Origin: Raja brachyura
Lineage: Eukaryota
NCBI GenBank assembly: GCA_963514005.1
Contig: OY740796.1
Location: 31,868,001-31,932,000, forward strand
Direction of reading: 5' to 3'
Length of the DNA stretch: 64,000 nt
Part shown: positions 1-12,610 of the stretch, piece after piece
Numbering within the stretch: the first letter of the stretch is position 1
Layout: every line of letters begins with the position of its first letter
Translations under genes and position numbers: made by a program
Notes under the pieces: generated by a model
Databases searched by the model: none
The model's input: the letters and a program-made list of their open reading frames with translations, nothing else
What the model was told of the DNA's origin: nothing

Positions 1-30
1 TATATGTATATAATATATGATATATATATA

Positions 31-63
<33 letters not shown>

Positions 64-85
64 ACACACACACATATTCACACAC
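1..85. repeat. (TA)n/(TG)n/(CA)n compound microsatellite
   Basis: Dinucleotide runs directly visible. Confidence 0.95.
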
Positions 86-967
86 AAGCACGTATTGTTC
101 ATTTTTGAAATTCTTGATGGCACAGTTAGAAAACCAAAAGCAAACCAAAAAAAACATCATGCTTTCATTTACATGTTATCTCTCTATTGCCTACCAGGAA
201 TATGATGCTCTTGTATTTTCTATCAGGTCAGTGATCCCCAGTCTGTGAATGCAGGATGTTAGTGATGTATCCCACCCATTAACTAATTGTGCAAGCAGGT
301 GTTATTACTGCCACCCCCTCCCATCTGATGGACCCTCTTCCACCTTCCAGAAGGTCAGCCTGTCAGGCAGACTGCAGTTTCATAACACTGTTTGCAGTGC
401 ATAACTTAATAAACATTAGAACAAGAGCAGACTGATCAGTTTAATTACAGTATATATTCTCTCAACTCATAGTTGATATGTTCCTGAACTTGTTCAACCC
501 ATTTATATTCTACAATCTTTAACCCTCACACCTGACAAAAATGTGATATTTAATGGGACAAGAAAATAGATGGAGGGAAATTTGTCCCTGAGGAAGGAAA
601 CTGGAAGATAAGCCAGAAAATATAAACCACCGCTTATGTTAAATTCATGCATCATTAGGGCAGCAAGTTCTAATGCCAAAAATGACCATGGGAACTGACT
701 AAATTGTTCTCAATGAAGCAGGTCTGTACGTTATATGAATTTCAATCATTTCTCTCAAAGCTAGAGAGCAGCAAACTCTAGCTCTGTCATAACAAGGCTG
801 AAATTGAAAGTTTTGAAACTGAAAAAGTTTGTTAGTTGGTGATAGTATCGTATAACTCAGAGTTATGTATTTAGCTGATATATTACACCAGGCAAAAAGT
901 CCTCTGTTTCTCAATTTGAGCTGAGAGCTGCAGGTTTAGCATTCTAACCTGCCAATCTTAAATGCAA

Positions 968-1065
968 GGCAGACACAAAATGCTGAAATAACTCAGCGGG
1001 ACAGGCAGCATCTCTGGAGAGAAGGAATGGGTGACGTTTCAGGTCGAGATCCTTCTTCAGACTGA
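968..1065 (-). mobile_element. Short Penelope pseudo-LTR-derived repeat
   Basis: AGACACAAAATGCTG..TAACTCAGCGGGACAGGCAGCATCTCTGGAGAGAAGGAATGGG matches the terminal repeat of the Penelope element at 26639-28861. Confidence 0.85.
1031..1062 (-). ncRNA. Minimal type I hammerhead ribozyme motif (Penelope-type)
   Basis: Minus strand reads GT-CTGAAGA-A-GGATCTCGACCT-GAAAC-GTC-AC: CUGANGA and GAAA core boxes, imperfect stem II, GUC cleavage triplet. Confidence 0.6.
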
Positions 1066-1363
1066 TCCTAAACGCAATCTCTTCAGAGGATTCTAATGTG
1101 TTTAGGTTGGGGCCTATCTTACGTTAACCTGTTTAATTAGGAATGGTTTTCAAGCACAAAAGACAAACTTTGGGCGGAAGCTGAAATGTACAAAGCCTCG
1201 CCTCTACGCTGCACCAATGATACAATTCACAGATGAATGGAGGAGTGCGTTTCCTTCTATACTCTCCCATCGCAGTGTGCAGGCCCTGAAGGGTGTCGAG
1301 GGATCAATTTCCAATGCAGAAATTTAGGCAATAATCCAGATATCAATCCTGTGTAATACCATT

Positions 1364-1530
1364 GGATGAGATGTTAAACCAAGGCCTTATCTACATCACA
1401 AATGGATGTTGTTTCAGGATAAGCAGGAGTAATTTATCCAGTAACTTGGCCAATGTTTACATCCTAATTGATATCTCTAAACCAGTTGCTGGTGGGTAAC
1501 ACATTGCTTTTTGTGGGAACTTGCTGTGGG
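1364..1530 (+). mobile_element. Old Deu-domain SINE fragment (SacSINE1/AmnSINE1-like)
   Basis: GGATGAGATGTTAAACCAAGGCC...TGGCCAATGTTTA...ACATTGCT...TGTGGGAACTTGCTGTG resembles the Deu-domain consensus as recalled. Confidence 0.6.
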
Positions 1531-1679
1531 AACAAGGCACAGACCAGGACTGCTGTGGAATCCTTGCCTGGATGAGTGCAGCTCCAACAACTCTCAATAT
1601 GATTAACACCATCCAGAATAAAATTCCCATGTCATTGTCACCCCACCTACCACCGACCAACCTAATCACTCATACCCTC

Positions 1680-2020
1680 CACTACCAGAGCACTAAGTAG
1701 GTACCATCTACAAAATGCACTGCAATTACTCACCCAGACTACTCTGACACTTTCCAACCTTTGATGGCAACCATTAAGAAGACATGCCATGAGACCACCA
1801 ATTGCAGGTTTCCCTTCAAGTTGCAAACATCCTGATTTGTAAATTGACACCATTCCTTCAGCATTGCACGGTCTAACTCCTGTGATCCCATCCCAACTGC
1901 ACCATGGGCAGAAGGGCAGCCGGGATGCAGTAAAGCAGCTCACCATCATCTTCTCAGGGACAATTAGAGATTGGCAATAAATGGCGGCCTTGCAGCAATG
2001 CCTACATTTGACAATAAATA
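1680..2020 (+). mobile_element. Old LINE (CR1/L2 group) 3' end
   Basis: GCAGCTCACCATCATCTTCTCAGGGACAATTAG..GGCAATAAATG..GCCTTG tail; a related reverse-oriented relic starts near 3420. Confidence 0.45.
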
Positions 2021-2149
2021 TTTTAAAAATTACAAAAGTGAGAACAAGTACAAGGCGTTTTATTGGCGGTGAAATACTTTGAGATGTGCTGAGCTGATTG
2101 AAAATGCTAAATCAATGCTTCCACAATTGGGTCTTCAGTTTTCAAGCTG

Positions 2150-2480
2150 GTCTTTTCTGTCTACATCCTTGTGTTTTGTGTATATACTTCGGTGCTTTTT
2201 GTATTTGTCCTGTTTTGTGCACATCTCCAGTGCTTTTGTATGTGTCCCTTGGCATTTTTGTGTATTTCTCCTTGTTCTCGTGTGTAACCTCCGCCATTTA
2301 AATCAAAATATCTCTGATAATCTGTATATATTCTCGGGCATTTAGAGTAAATGCCTTGTGGTTTAGTGTACATCTCCTAGTGTTTTATTTATATCCCCTA
2401 GATTATATCTCTAGTTTTTGATGCATATCCCCTGGTACTTTATATACACTTCCACTTTATGCATATACAGTATTCTTTGC
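2150..2480. repeat. Degenerate ~20-bp minisatellite (GTGYTTTTGTRTATATCYCC-like)
   Basis: Recurring GTGTTTT/GTGCTTTT...ATATC/ATCTCC units. Confidence 0.55.
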
Positions 2481-4966
2481 CACTTGGTGTTTACCCCCTT
2501 TCATCAGCACCAAAGCTAGTGTCCTAAACACTCTCTCAACACTTTCCCATACCTCCAGTCCTTCTGTTTTGAAGTGTTTCCCATGCACACCAGGCTTGCG
2601 GTTACTCATCCAATCCTCAGCCAATGCAACCTCTGTCTTTTTCTGTTTACTAAATACCATGGGAAACATTTCTAGCACTAACTGATCTATATAAATAAAA
2701 TACTATTGTTAATGTTGTAATAAATGGCAATGCAGTACAGGGCCACACACACAAGTCAATGAAGATGTGCATGGATTATTTCAACTGAATGGACATCAGC
2801 CCCATGTAAACCTAATGAGCACTGAGAGTAAATTACTGCAGGGATTTTTTATTTCATAAACTACCAGTTCCTAAAGTAATCATGGAAACCTTTCAGGTCA
2901 GCAGTTGCTGCATCCTTTGCTTTGATCATTAAGGTGAGCGACGTCCATCCTGGGACATGAATTCGGTGCTGAATAAATCTTTACCTCGTCCAAATTGGCT
3001 TTGAAATTCTTGCTTAATGAAGGAATAGAGACATGAGCAAAATAGTAACGAACACAACATTTGAATCTTTCAGATTCTCTTCACCATATGCAGAACCATG
3101 AACATTAGTTACAGGTGATTAAGATTCTCCCTATCGTGGGGATACCTAATGTGGAAGCGGTGCATCATTATACTATGCACAACCTTATTAACACAATGAA
3201 TGAGAAAGTCACATAGCATTGTGCTCATTAAAGTTACCAATGAGACTGCATTGTAGCATTGCACTTATCATGTCCTGTAATAATATCGAATGAAAAAATC
3301 TTCCACCAGAGAAAGAAATATCATTTATTATCTTCCGTCACACACAATTAAAGTGCTTTGGAACACTTTTTGAAGGCAGTCACAAAGAATAATTTCCTTT
3401 AATAAATTTAAGAAGGCATCACTAGCAACATCAGCATTTATTGTCCTTTACCTAATACCCTTCACAACACAGTGATTAATTGCCTTCCTGCACCTATGCA
3501 GTCCTTCTGGTGAAGGCGTTGTTGGTGAGTGAGTACTACCGTGGTGTTCTCAGAAACGTGGTGCCCTTCTTGTTATTAGAGGTCAAGGGCTTGAGACAGG
3601 CTGTCAGAGAAGAGTGAGCGAGGATCTGCAGTGCATTTTGCAGATGCTGCACACAACCAACATATGTAGCAGATGGTTTCAGGGCTGAATGACAGACCCT
3701 CCACCTTTCTAATCTTGCTCTGTGGCAGCACATCCCACCTCAAGGATACTCTCTTGCTAAATAAAAACTGAAAATTAAACCAGAAAATAGCAGACTCATC
3801 AAATGATCATGGCACAGAAGAAGGCCATTTGGCCTATTGATCCTATGACAGCTCACAGGTGAGCAAACCCACCATTCTTATTTCCCCCTGTTCTTCTATG
3901 GCCTTACAAATTATTCTCTCTCAGGTGCCTACGAAATTCTCTGTGACAGCCAAAGGATCGCAGGGATATATAGAACAGTAATGGATTAGTTTAATTTAAT
4001 ATCATGTGCAGCACAGATATCATGGGCTGAAAAGCCCATTCCCGTGCAATACTATTCTATGTCCAATTCCTTCTCTCCAGCGATGCTGCCTGTCCCGCTG
4101 AGTTACTCCAGCATTTTGTGACTATTCCACATTCTATGAACACATAATAGAATCATCATCATAAAAGAAGCTCACCACATTTTGACATTTGTCCTCTTCC
4201 CATTGCATCAGATTTTGGGAATAAACACAATTCCCTCTAGAAATTGTAGAGAACTACAGGTCTAAACTATTATGCTAGTGGCCAGATGGGCAGAAACAGA
4301 GCAATAAAATATACCTGTAGAAACAGGGAACTATAGATGCTGGTATACAACAAAAAGAATAAGAAATTACATATACCTTCCCAGGCCTCATATACTGTAA
4401 GTAATCAGAGAAAGGTCACAGCTGATGAAAATTAGAAAAGCATTTACCAGAAAATAAACTATCTGCCACCAAATTTCAAACAAAGATTCAAACAACTTGT
4501 CCGACTGAAGACCGGTCCCGATCCAGACCCGATCCGGTCCCTGCCTGACCCGCTGAGTTTCTCAGGCATTTTGTGTTCTGCTCAAGATTCTGGCATTTGC
4601 AGTCTCTTGCAGGGATTAATAGCTCTGTTGTTTGCAGTGTGACCTTTTAATATATTATAAGGAAACTATTCACACACTGAACACATTCCACACTCACCAT
4701 GAACCGTCTGCTTCAGCATACACAAGCTCAGTAAGAAAAAACAAGAAAAGGTACAAAAAAAGAGATTGTTATAGACTTGAATAGAGTCTCAAGCAGATAG
4801 TGCGAAGAAAAGGACAGAGAGTTAGGTAATGGGTGATTATTAACTAAATTAGGGGACGTAGGAGGAATCTTTAGCACCCAGAGGAATCAGAGAAAATGTG
4901 CAAATCATCAAAGGCAGACTGGTGAGGAGGGAGAATTTAATAGGGGATTTTGTGAACTCAACCTCA

Positions 4967-5240
4967 TTTACTAGAGATACAGCAAGGAAAAGGCCCTTCG
5001 TCCCAATGAGTCCGTGGCGACTGGCGAACACCCCCATACACTAACATTATCCTACACACTGGGAACAATTTTACAATTCTACCAAAGCCAATTAAATTAC
5101 AAACCTGTATGTCTTTGGAGTGTGGGAGGAAACCAGAGCACGGGGAGAAAACCCACACGCTCATCGGTAACTCCATACAGATAGCACCCTTAGTCAGGAC
5201 CGAACCCATGTCTCTGGCGTTGTAGCACGACTGTGCCACA
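4967..5240 (-). mobile_element. tRNA-derived V-SINE (HE1-like)
   Basis: Reverse complement of the copy at 7204-7523, with tRNA-like head and V-domain GGTTTCCTCCCACACTCCAAAGAC. Confidence 0.8.
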
Positions 5241-7203
5241 CATTAGATATAAATGCACAAAGTTATGGTAGCACAATCATAAAATCATGTGATAAGAGTT
5301 GAATTAGGCCAATCAGCCCATCAGATCTACTGTGCCATTCAATCATGGCTGATCTATCTCTCCCTCCTAACCCAATTCTCCTGCCTTCTTCCCATAACCA
5401 CTAACAATGGAAAGATTAATAACACAAATAGCGGAAAGGCTGTGTTGTGTGGGCTGCATGGAGGCATGTTTAGTATTTTGAAAAGCAGAATGGGAAGGGA
5501 GATGGAACAGCTCTGAGAACAAAGAAGAGATAAAGGCAGTGAGAAGGATCAGCTTGGACAAATTAGCACAATCACACTGGTGTTTACATTTATAGGCCAC
5601 CAAGCAGTTCTGGAAAACATTGGAAGGAGTACAAGCCAGGAAGCGAGTGGGACATGTAAAAAAGATAACGCAATAAACCTTGGAAAAAATAATCTTTTTC
5701 ACACACTGAGTAAATCAAATTGGAAAAAGAAAGTTGGGGATAAGTTCATGAATGGATTCTGGAAATAATATTCAAAAGGAAAAAATGCACTTTTTAGATC
5801 TCAAAATGGTAGCAACATTAAACAAATGTTTTGTGCCTGTCATCGTAGAATGAACACTGGCCATTTATGAGGAACCGAGCATCTAATATCAAGAACATTA
5901 ATATTTGAAAAAAATCACAATTTGGGTAATTGAAGAGAATGAGAGGCAACATTTCCCCTCGACCTGAAAGCTAACATTCGTGAGACATCTGAGAGCTTTG
6001 TCACGTTGCCATCCCTGAGACCCTTGAGGTCACAAGCTTCACTTCAATTACAATATCACTTTCCATTTGTATGGCTCCTTTGGTGTTTCAGACACAGGGA
6101 ATGCACACAATGTTGAAGGTAGTAAACAAGACCAATGGGAATAACAATGTTCAGTATGCATGTCCCTCTGCCAGGAGAGGTTGCGCACGCTCTCCGGTGT
6201 GGTCAAGGAAATGATGGCAATCCCTCCCAGCGAAATCAGAATGCCACACCTTCCAATGCTCCAACGCTCTTGTGCATTTCACTCCCCTTGCAAATTTCTA
6301 GCAGGACAGTACAGAGTACAGGTTGGTCCTTGGCCTCAGGCAATGCTTTCCTTACCCCTACCATGATGGCAAACCCATCAGGACAAGCTTATCCATTCTG
6401 CCCATCCTCTGCAGAAAGGTATTGACCAGAAGCATTCTATTCCACTCCAATAGATGCTGCCTGGTCTAAGGAATATCTGCAGCATTTCCTGCAGGTTTAT
6501 TTCATTATGGGGCACATGGTGTTCATTGTTGGGTGTGAAAAGGCTTTGGGGATATGGAGTAGTTTTGCAGAGATATGTGGGATGTAAGACAGACAGAAAA
6601 TTATCCAGACTGGGAAAATCTCAGAAGGCCTTAAACAGTTAAGATCTTAAAATCTTTTTGTTGAGTTTTATTGAGGGAAAACATTTTCCACTGGGCATTA
6701 AAAAATATAGTAATTCAATAAAGCAATTATCTAATTCAGTTGTAAACGGTAATGAAAATTAAACATTTTGAAACGCATCACAAATGATAAAAATATCTTT
6801 ATTGCATATTTCCGTTAATAAATTAGTCAATGTCATACTTTTCCAAACATATTTTTTATTATTTAGATTTTTCAGTTACAATAAAAAAAATAGCTTTTTG
6901 AATCACAACCAAATTTCTCGCGAGCTAGAATCAATCTTCCAACAATTTCCAGGACAAAAGCCTGGAAGCCTTTGTTCCGATCAAAGTTGGCTCAAGATAG
7001 GTTGAAAGATACGCGTGGCAAAGCAGCAGTAACCTCACAGTTGTTCCCCAGCCATTTATGTCGAGGCCATGAAGTCCCAAGCCAGCCTGAGTGGTTCTCA
7101 ATCATCCCTCATGGCCATCTGCCACTTCCTCTGCTATCAGTTATTCACTAACACCTGAGCACTGCATAGTAACTGTAGGCTAGGTAAAGATGTAAAGGCG
7201 TTT

Positions 7204-7523
7204 GGGGCAGCACAGAGGCACAGTGGTAGAGCTGCTGCCTTACAACGCCAGAAACCCAGGTTCGATCCTGACTACGGGCTCTGTCTGTATTGAGTTTGCA
7301 TGTTCTCCCTGTGACCGCGTGGTGCTTGGGTTTTCTCAGGGTGGTTGATTTACTCCCACCCTCAAAAGGCATACAGGTTTGTAGGTTAATCAGCTTCTGT
7401 AAATTGTAAATTGTCCCTAGTGTCTAGGATAGTGCAAGTTTACGGGGTGATCGCTGGTCGGAGTGGACTCAGTGGGCTGCAGGGCCTGTTTCCATGCTGT
7501 ATCTCTAAAATCTAAAGTAAAGT
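7204..7523 (+). mobile_element. tRNA-derived V-SINE (HE1-like)
   Basis: A box GGCACAGTGG, B box GGTTCGATCC, V-domain GAGTTTGCATGTTCTCCC...CTCCCAC..CAAA, tail GGGCCTGTTTCCATGCTGTATCTCTAAA. Confidence 0.85.
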
Positions 7524-8310
7524 GTACTACAATATCAGCTAAAGTGAATGTCTAAAGCAGGCAATCACAAAGGGATTGCACAAGTGTGATTCATTATTTT
7601 TTTGCATGGTATAATATTTGATGTAATGTTTGCCTGATCATGCCTTTGATTTAAAGTATAAACAATTTACTGGTAGTTAAAAAATTACTCCTGCAGTCAA
7701 GTCATCTGCTGAGATAGATGGTTATGTGGGAGATGGAACAACCCAATGACAAAGGAGGGGCAAAGGCAGGGAGGAGAATCGGTGTGGATGGAGTTAAATG
7801 AAACAAGGGAAAAACATAGTGGAAAGCAGATTCAGGGTGGGGATTTCTATTTGTCATTGTTCATTAGCGGAAATCAGTGCTGGGCCACACAGAGAACTTA
7901 TCATTTGACGTGGAATCTTGGCTTCCCATGACTGTGGTGGAGTCTTCTTCCAAGCCCACTGCAACCACATGCGGAGGAGGTAAACCATGCTGGCAGGGAG
8001 TAAAACTAACAATCTGGAAGCAAGCACGGTATCCAGATGAGGATGCTGCGTGATTTGAGATCCACATTGCAGAACTTTCATGAGCTTCCACAAGTGCCTA
8101 CCACTCCACTGGATGTGACTACAGTATTGGTGTCAGAGCAATTGTCCAAAGGGAGGGGTTGCTACATAGCAGCATCTTGATCTGCCATGAGGTACTGTGC
8201 CTTCTGGGTTACCCAGAGCCTCACCTTCATCTGACATGAAGACCTAAACATGGCTGGGAATGCTAACTTCTCAAGGATGAAGGAGTCACACAACTCTCCA
8301 AACCACTTCA

Positions 8311-8402
8311 GACTGAAGAAGGGTCTCGACCCGAAAAGTCACCTATCCATGTTCTCCAGAGATGCCGCCTGACCTACTATGTTACTTCAGCACTTTGTGT
8401 CC
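8311..8402 (+). mobile_element. Penelope terminal derivative with hammerhead-like motif
   Basis: CTGAAGAAGGGTCTCGACCCGAAAAGTCACC followed by the family tail TCCAGAGATGC..CCTGACC. Confidence 0.75.
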
Positions 8403-9651
8403 TCCTGCAGTCATTCTGCAGTATTCTGAACTTTCGGATAGACTGACCCATATTCCAACTATATCCCAACCAAACCAACAAGGGATTAATGGTCTCTTTA
8501 AGCAGGACTGAGGCACTGCTGCACTTGCCTGACACTGCATGTTGATTACAATTAAGCGATTCAATTTCACAGGGGTGCCTCCAGTTCACATTGAGCATGT
8601 CATTAACTGTTCATGCTCTGTGCTCTCCCTGTGTCAACGATTCACACATGCAGAAATGAGGACAGAAGTCGCGATTGAGCCTGAAACGCACTATTTGTCC
8701 CCATTCACTGTTTGGATTGCTTTTCAACATAAATTATTCATGTAATTCTTAAAAACAAATGCTACCCAATAAAATGTAGGACTATAAAACTTCTTGAGAC
8801 TCCCATACTGACCCACAACAAATTTTCTAAGGAAGAAAGTAGTTGCAGTATAAATGTATAGGAAGGAACTGCAGATGCTGGTTTACACTGAAGATAGGAA
8901 CGTAATGCTGGAGTAATTCAGCTGGTGAGGCAGCATCTCTGAAGAAAAGGAATATGTGAGTTGACAGTCAGGGGAGAGGGAAACTGCAGGCATAAGGAGA
9001 TACAAAGAACAAAAGAATGAAAGGTATGGAAAGAACAAATCAAGGCCAGCAGTAGTAGTTGTTTTGTTTTCCTAGGCAAGTGATAGGATGTTACTCAATA
9101 GACTGTCATCCAAGATTATCCCTCTTTGAATTGGAGGTAGCGTCTTTGCATCGATTGCAGATTGCATATTGGTTAGGAACCCCAAAACAGAGAGTAAGAA
9201 TAAACAGAGTGTCTATGGGATGGTGCTTTGTAACTGGAGGCAGACTACTGGAATCCAGAACCTGTGCTAGGACCCACCTGTTTACACTCTATATCAAAAA
9301 TTGGAAGAAGGACCAACTCTAACATATCCAGGCTCATTGATGATATGAACATGTGGAGAATAGTCCACTGAAGTCACAAAGAGCCAACAAAGGGGTACAG
9401 ACTCATTAAACAATCAGACAAGAAGATGGGGTATAATGTGGAACAGGTGAAAATAGTCATTCCATCAGGAAGATATTTGTTTGAAATTGAACAACTAATT
9501 CCTGTTGGTGATGGTTCTGGTACATGAAACGCAGTGGACAATGAGCCATTTGTGAGGTATGCGATATATCATGACAAAGGATTGTACAGTAAGAGTAATG
9601 ATCACACAGCAAAGTCATGATGACCTGCTGAGTCCTTCTTGAAAAGCTGTA

Positions 9652-10870
9652 TTTAGTTTAGTTTAGAGATACAGCACGGCAACAGGCTTTTCCACCCACC
9701 AACCAGTGATCCCCACACAATAACACTATCCTACACACACTAGGACAAATTACACATACACCAAGTAGCAATGTTACAACCTTTTGAGATTTTAAAAATC
9801 AAGTCTGCAATTTATCCCATCAAATAAAGCATAAAAAGAAGTTTAGTTTAGGTTTAATTTGATACCTAATTCACTTTCATATCTTCAGTATTAAAAAAAA
9901 TTAAGGCCATTTTCATGCTCGGAAATTAGCAACTTGTTCCCTATTGCTTTTCCATTTAATTAACTCGAAAGCTGTGATCGAGGACAGTCAAAAGCCCATA
10001 ACCTTCTTAAAAATTAAGAGAACTTAATGAAATTTTCAGTTATTATAGATTGAAACATTCTGAAACAAATATGAAACAATCTTACTTGGATGACCTGTAA
10101 TTAAAGCATATAATTAGTTAGTTATCTAATTGTAGCTAATTACAAAATTCAATTACTAGATCTAAACATCTATCCATTTCTTAAGAAAAGGTTAACATTT
10201 TTTAATAGCATGTGTCCAAATAACATTCACACAAGAATTCACAATATAACATGATTTTTTAATCTAACTGTGATGAATTTATAGGCCAAATGGAAGGAAT
10301 TTAGTGTTTAATTAAGGGCCATTTAAATCATCTTGCGAGTGAGATTTTGTGGAACGCGATTGTTTGGAACGTTGCGGTTGCGGTGAATTTAAACCCCATA
10401 TCGGCAGGAAAAACACTGCTGGTTCGTATGGGGCCTTAATCACATTTTCGCCGATTACATTTTGATTAAAGTAATCCTAAGAAGTAAAATTAAATGTAAA
10501 ATAAACGACTTACCTTATGTATTGTTCCCTACATGAGATCCGTCCCATCGACCGCATTGACGGCGGTAGAAGTAGCTTTTTTATTTTACTCCAGCGATTT
10601 AATTGTCCCGCGTTTTTTTTCTTAAACTTCCGAGAACGGCGGTCAGAACGATTTTTCAGCATCAGGTGGTAGCCCGACAAAATATATCTCGGACAGGAAG
10701 GAGAAAATGGCATTTTAATCCCCCCCCCCCCCACCAAAGGCGCCAAAGTCGCGCACACGGCCAATGACAGAACTGCAGCGCCGCTGAAGGTATGTTTTGT
10801 AACATACCTACACCAAGCCAATTAATCTACATTCATGTACATCTTTGGAGTGTGGGAGGAAACCAGGAAA
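9652..10870 (-). mobile_element. V-SINE split by the 7-bp-TSD DNA transposon
   Basis: SINE tail at 9652-9765 resumes at 10811 (CACCAAGCCAATTAATCTAC..CTTTGGAGTGTGGGAGGAAACC). Confidence 0.8.
9766..10810 (-). mobile_element. Non-autonomous DNA transposon copy 1 (TAG..CTA termini, 7-bp TSD; hAT/hATw-like?)
   Basis: Ends TAGCAATGTTACAA / TTGTAACATACCTA; TSD CACCAAG at 9759-9765 and 10811-10817. Confidence 0.9.
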
Positions 10871-10875
10871 CCGAA

Positions 10876-11140
10876 GATCTCCTGAGAATTACAGGGACAT
10901 GGCTTCAAGAGGACCACAGCTGGGAACCAAATATTCAGGGGTATACATCCTATCAAAAAGACAGACAGGTGGGCAGAGGGGGTGGGGAGCTCTGTTGGTA
11001 AGGAATGAAATTCAGTCCCTTGCAAGGGGTGATGTAGAATCAGGAGATGTAGAGTCAGTATGGATAGAACTGAGGAATTGGAAGGGTAAAAATACCTTAA
11101 TGGGAGTTATCTCCAGGCCCCAAAACAATAGCTTGAAATA
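10876..11140 (+). mobile_element. CR1 LINE ORF2 endonuclease fragment
   Basis: ITGTWL...NIQGY..YQKDRQVGRGGG/ALLVRNEI...ESVWIEL..GVISRP is an APE endonuclease N-terminus; similar to the reverse complement of ~62780-62920. Confidence 0.85.
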
Positions 11141-11415
11141 ATGTGCACAAGAATCAAATTTACAAGTTCCAAGTTACAATATGAAAGATAATAGTAAGAT
11201 TAAATGAGAACTTACCAGTTTGAAGTTTGATCTTTATTTTATGAGGAGTTGCGATGAGGGATTTCGTGAAGAACCCGCCAGCACGCATGCGCAACATTCT
11301 TCAAAGCAGGGTATGGAATCACAGAACCAACAAACAAAGAAATGACTTGTTATAGTAAGATTGAAGAGACTCTAATTACCAGTTGACTTTATGGTCGAGG
11401 GTTGGGAGCGGAGGG

Positions 11416-11528
11416 CACGAAATCCCTCATCGCAACTCCTCATAAAATAAAGATCAAATTTCAAACTGGTAAGTTCTCGTTTAATCTTACTATTTAATTT
11501 TGGAGTCACGTGAGTGACTTCGTGAAGA
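11416..11528. repeat. DIRS A internal complementary region (ICR)
   Basis: 11416-11494 is the reverse complement of 11190-11268; ~11492-11528 is the reverse complement of ~16478-16514. Confidence 0.92.
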
Positions 11529-11584
11529 CTTCAAAGCTCTCTGATTTCATGCCCTGGACAACGTCCATGCTCTCACACACGCCA

Positions 11585-12610
11585 CTATAAGGATGGATAG
11601 GAGTAATCAAGTTTCCAGACTGGATGTACTGAAAAATAATAATATTTATTAATTATGACAAAGAAAAAAACCCTCATTGGGGAGTAACTATGTTCTTGAC
11701 CCGCATTCAGCACGGCCTCTGCGAACATTACAGGAGTAGCAACAGGTTTGTTGTAAAACCGTTGAAAAGTGGCTTCACTAGCCCATCCCGCTGTGGCAAG
11801 AATATGGTCCATGGGCACCTCCATGACCTTAGCCGCCGATGTCGATGCAGCCCTGGTGGAATGGGATTTAAAAACATTAGTGTCAATACCTGCTTCGTTC
11901 AAGACGATCCTGAGCCATCTGGAGATCGTCTGTACCGACACTCTATGGTGTGGTTTTTTGTGGCTGATTAGCAGGTATTTTTCCATTCCCCTTAAATTCC
12001 GCGTCACTTTAATATAGTGGTGGATATAAGTGGCTAAACATAGCCTAGCATCAGCGGGGTATGCTGGAAACACCAGCTGCAGCCCTGTGAATCCAGGTCT
12101 ATGCTGCTTTAGTAATTCATCAATATAGAAGATTACTTTCTCCGGGGTAGAGACCATTCTGTCAATCTTGATCTTATGAAGCGTCAGGGTGAGTTTGTCC
12201 AAATTGGGCCCTGCCATGGGCGACCATGTCCTGAGTAGGGATAATACTCTCCCAATGTCCCAGGTAACGTTGTAACGTGGTCTGGGCGGGTTTGAATTAA
12301 ATATTCCCCGCATCAGTTTGGACACCAGTTTATTGGACCCTACCTCAATATTGAGGTAGAATGATAGCGCACTCCTGGCGCTATTGATGGCACTGTAGCT
12401 GAGGTGTTCGTCATGATGTAACCCCGCAAGAAACTCCAGCACATCTGTTATGGTGACGGAGTCATAAGCAATGTTCAAGCGGCCGAAGTAAGTTTCCCAT
12501 TTCCTGATTTGCGTTAAGTATTGCCGTCTTGTGGACTCCCTGCATGATGCTCCAATTGTATCCATAGTCCTTGACGAGAGACCATACTGCAGTAATGGTC
12601 TGTTCAGAAC
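11585..12610 (-). pseudogene. DIRS A tyrosine recombinase (in-frame deletion of box I)
   Basis: SAM-like N-terminus (STRRQY..W..FL..LSYSAINSARSALS), HSTR, AGW, FQRFY motifs; lacks the ~15-aa segment containing the first catalytic Arg seen in copy B. Confidence 0.9.

Noticed and set aside
17-248. ORFs with VCVCVC/THTH peptides
   Set aside because: Translation of dinucleotide microsatellites.
2985-3015. Possible minus-strand micro-exon (AG...GAG|GTAAAG)
   Set aside because: Too short and weak; expected by chance.
6135-6425. 96-aa ORF in unique sequence
   Set aside because: No recognisable domain and no convincing pair of splice sites; cannot be supported as a host exon.
7204-7280. tRNA gene
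   Set aside because: A/B boxes continue into the V-domain and tail; this is a SINE head, as at 17247, 48585 and 50728.
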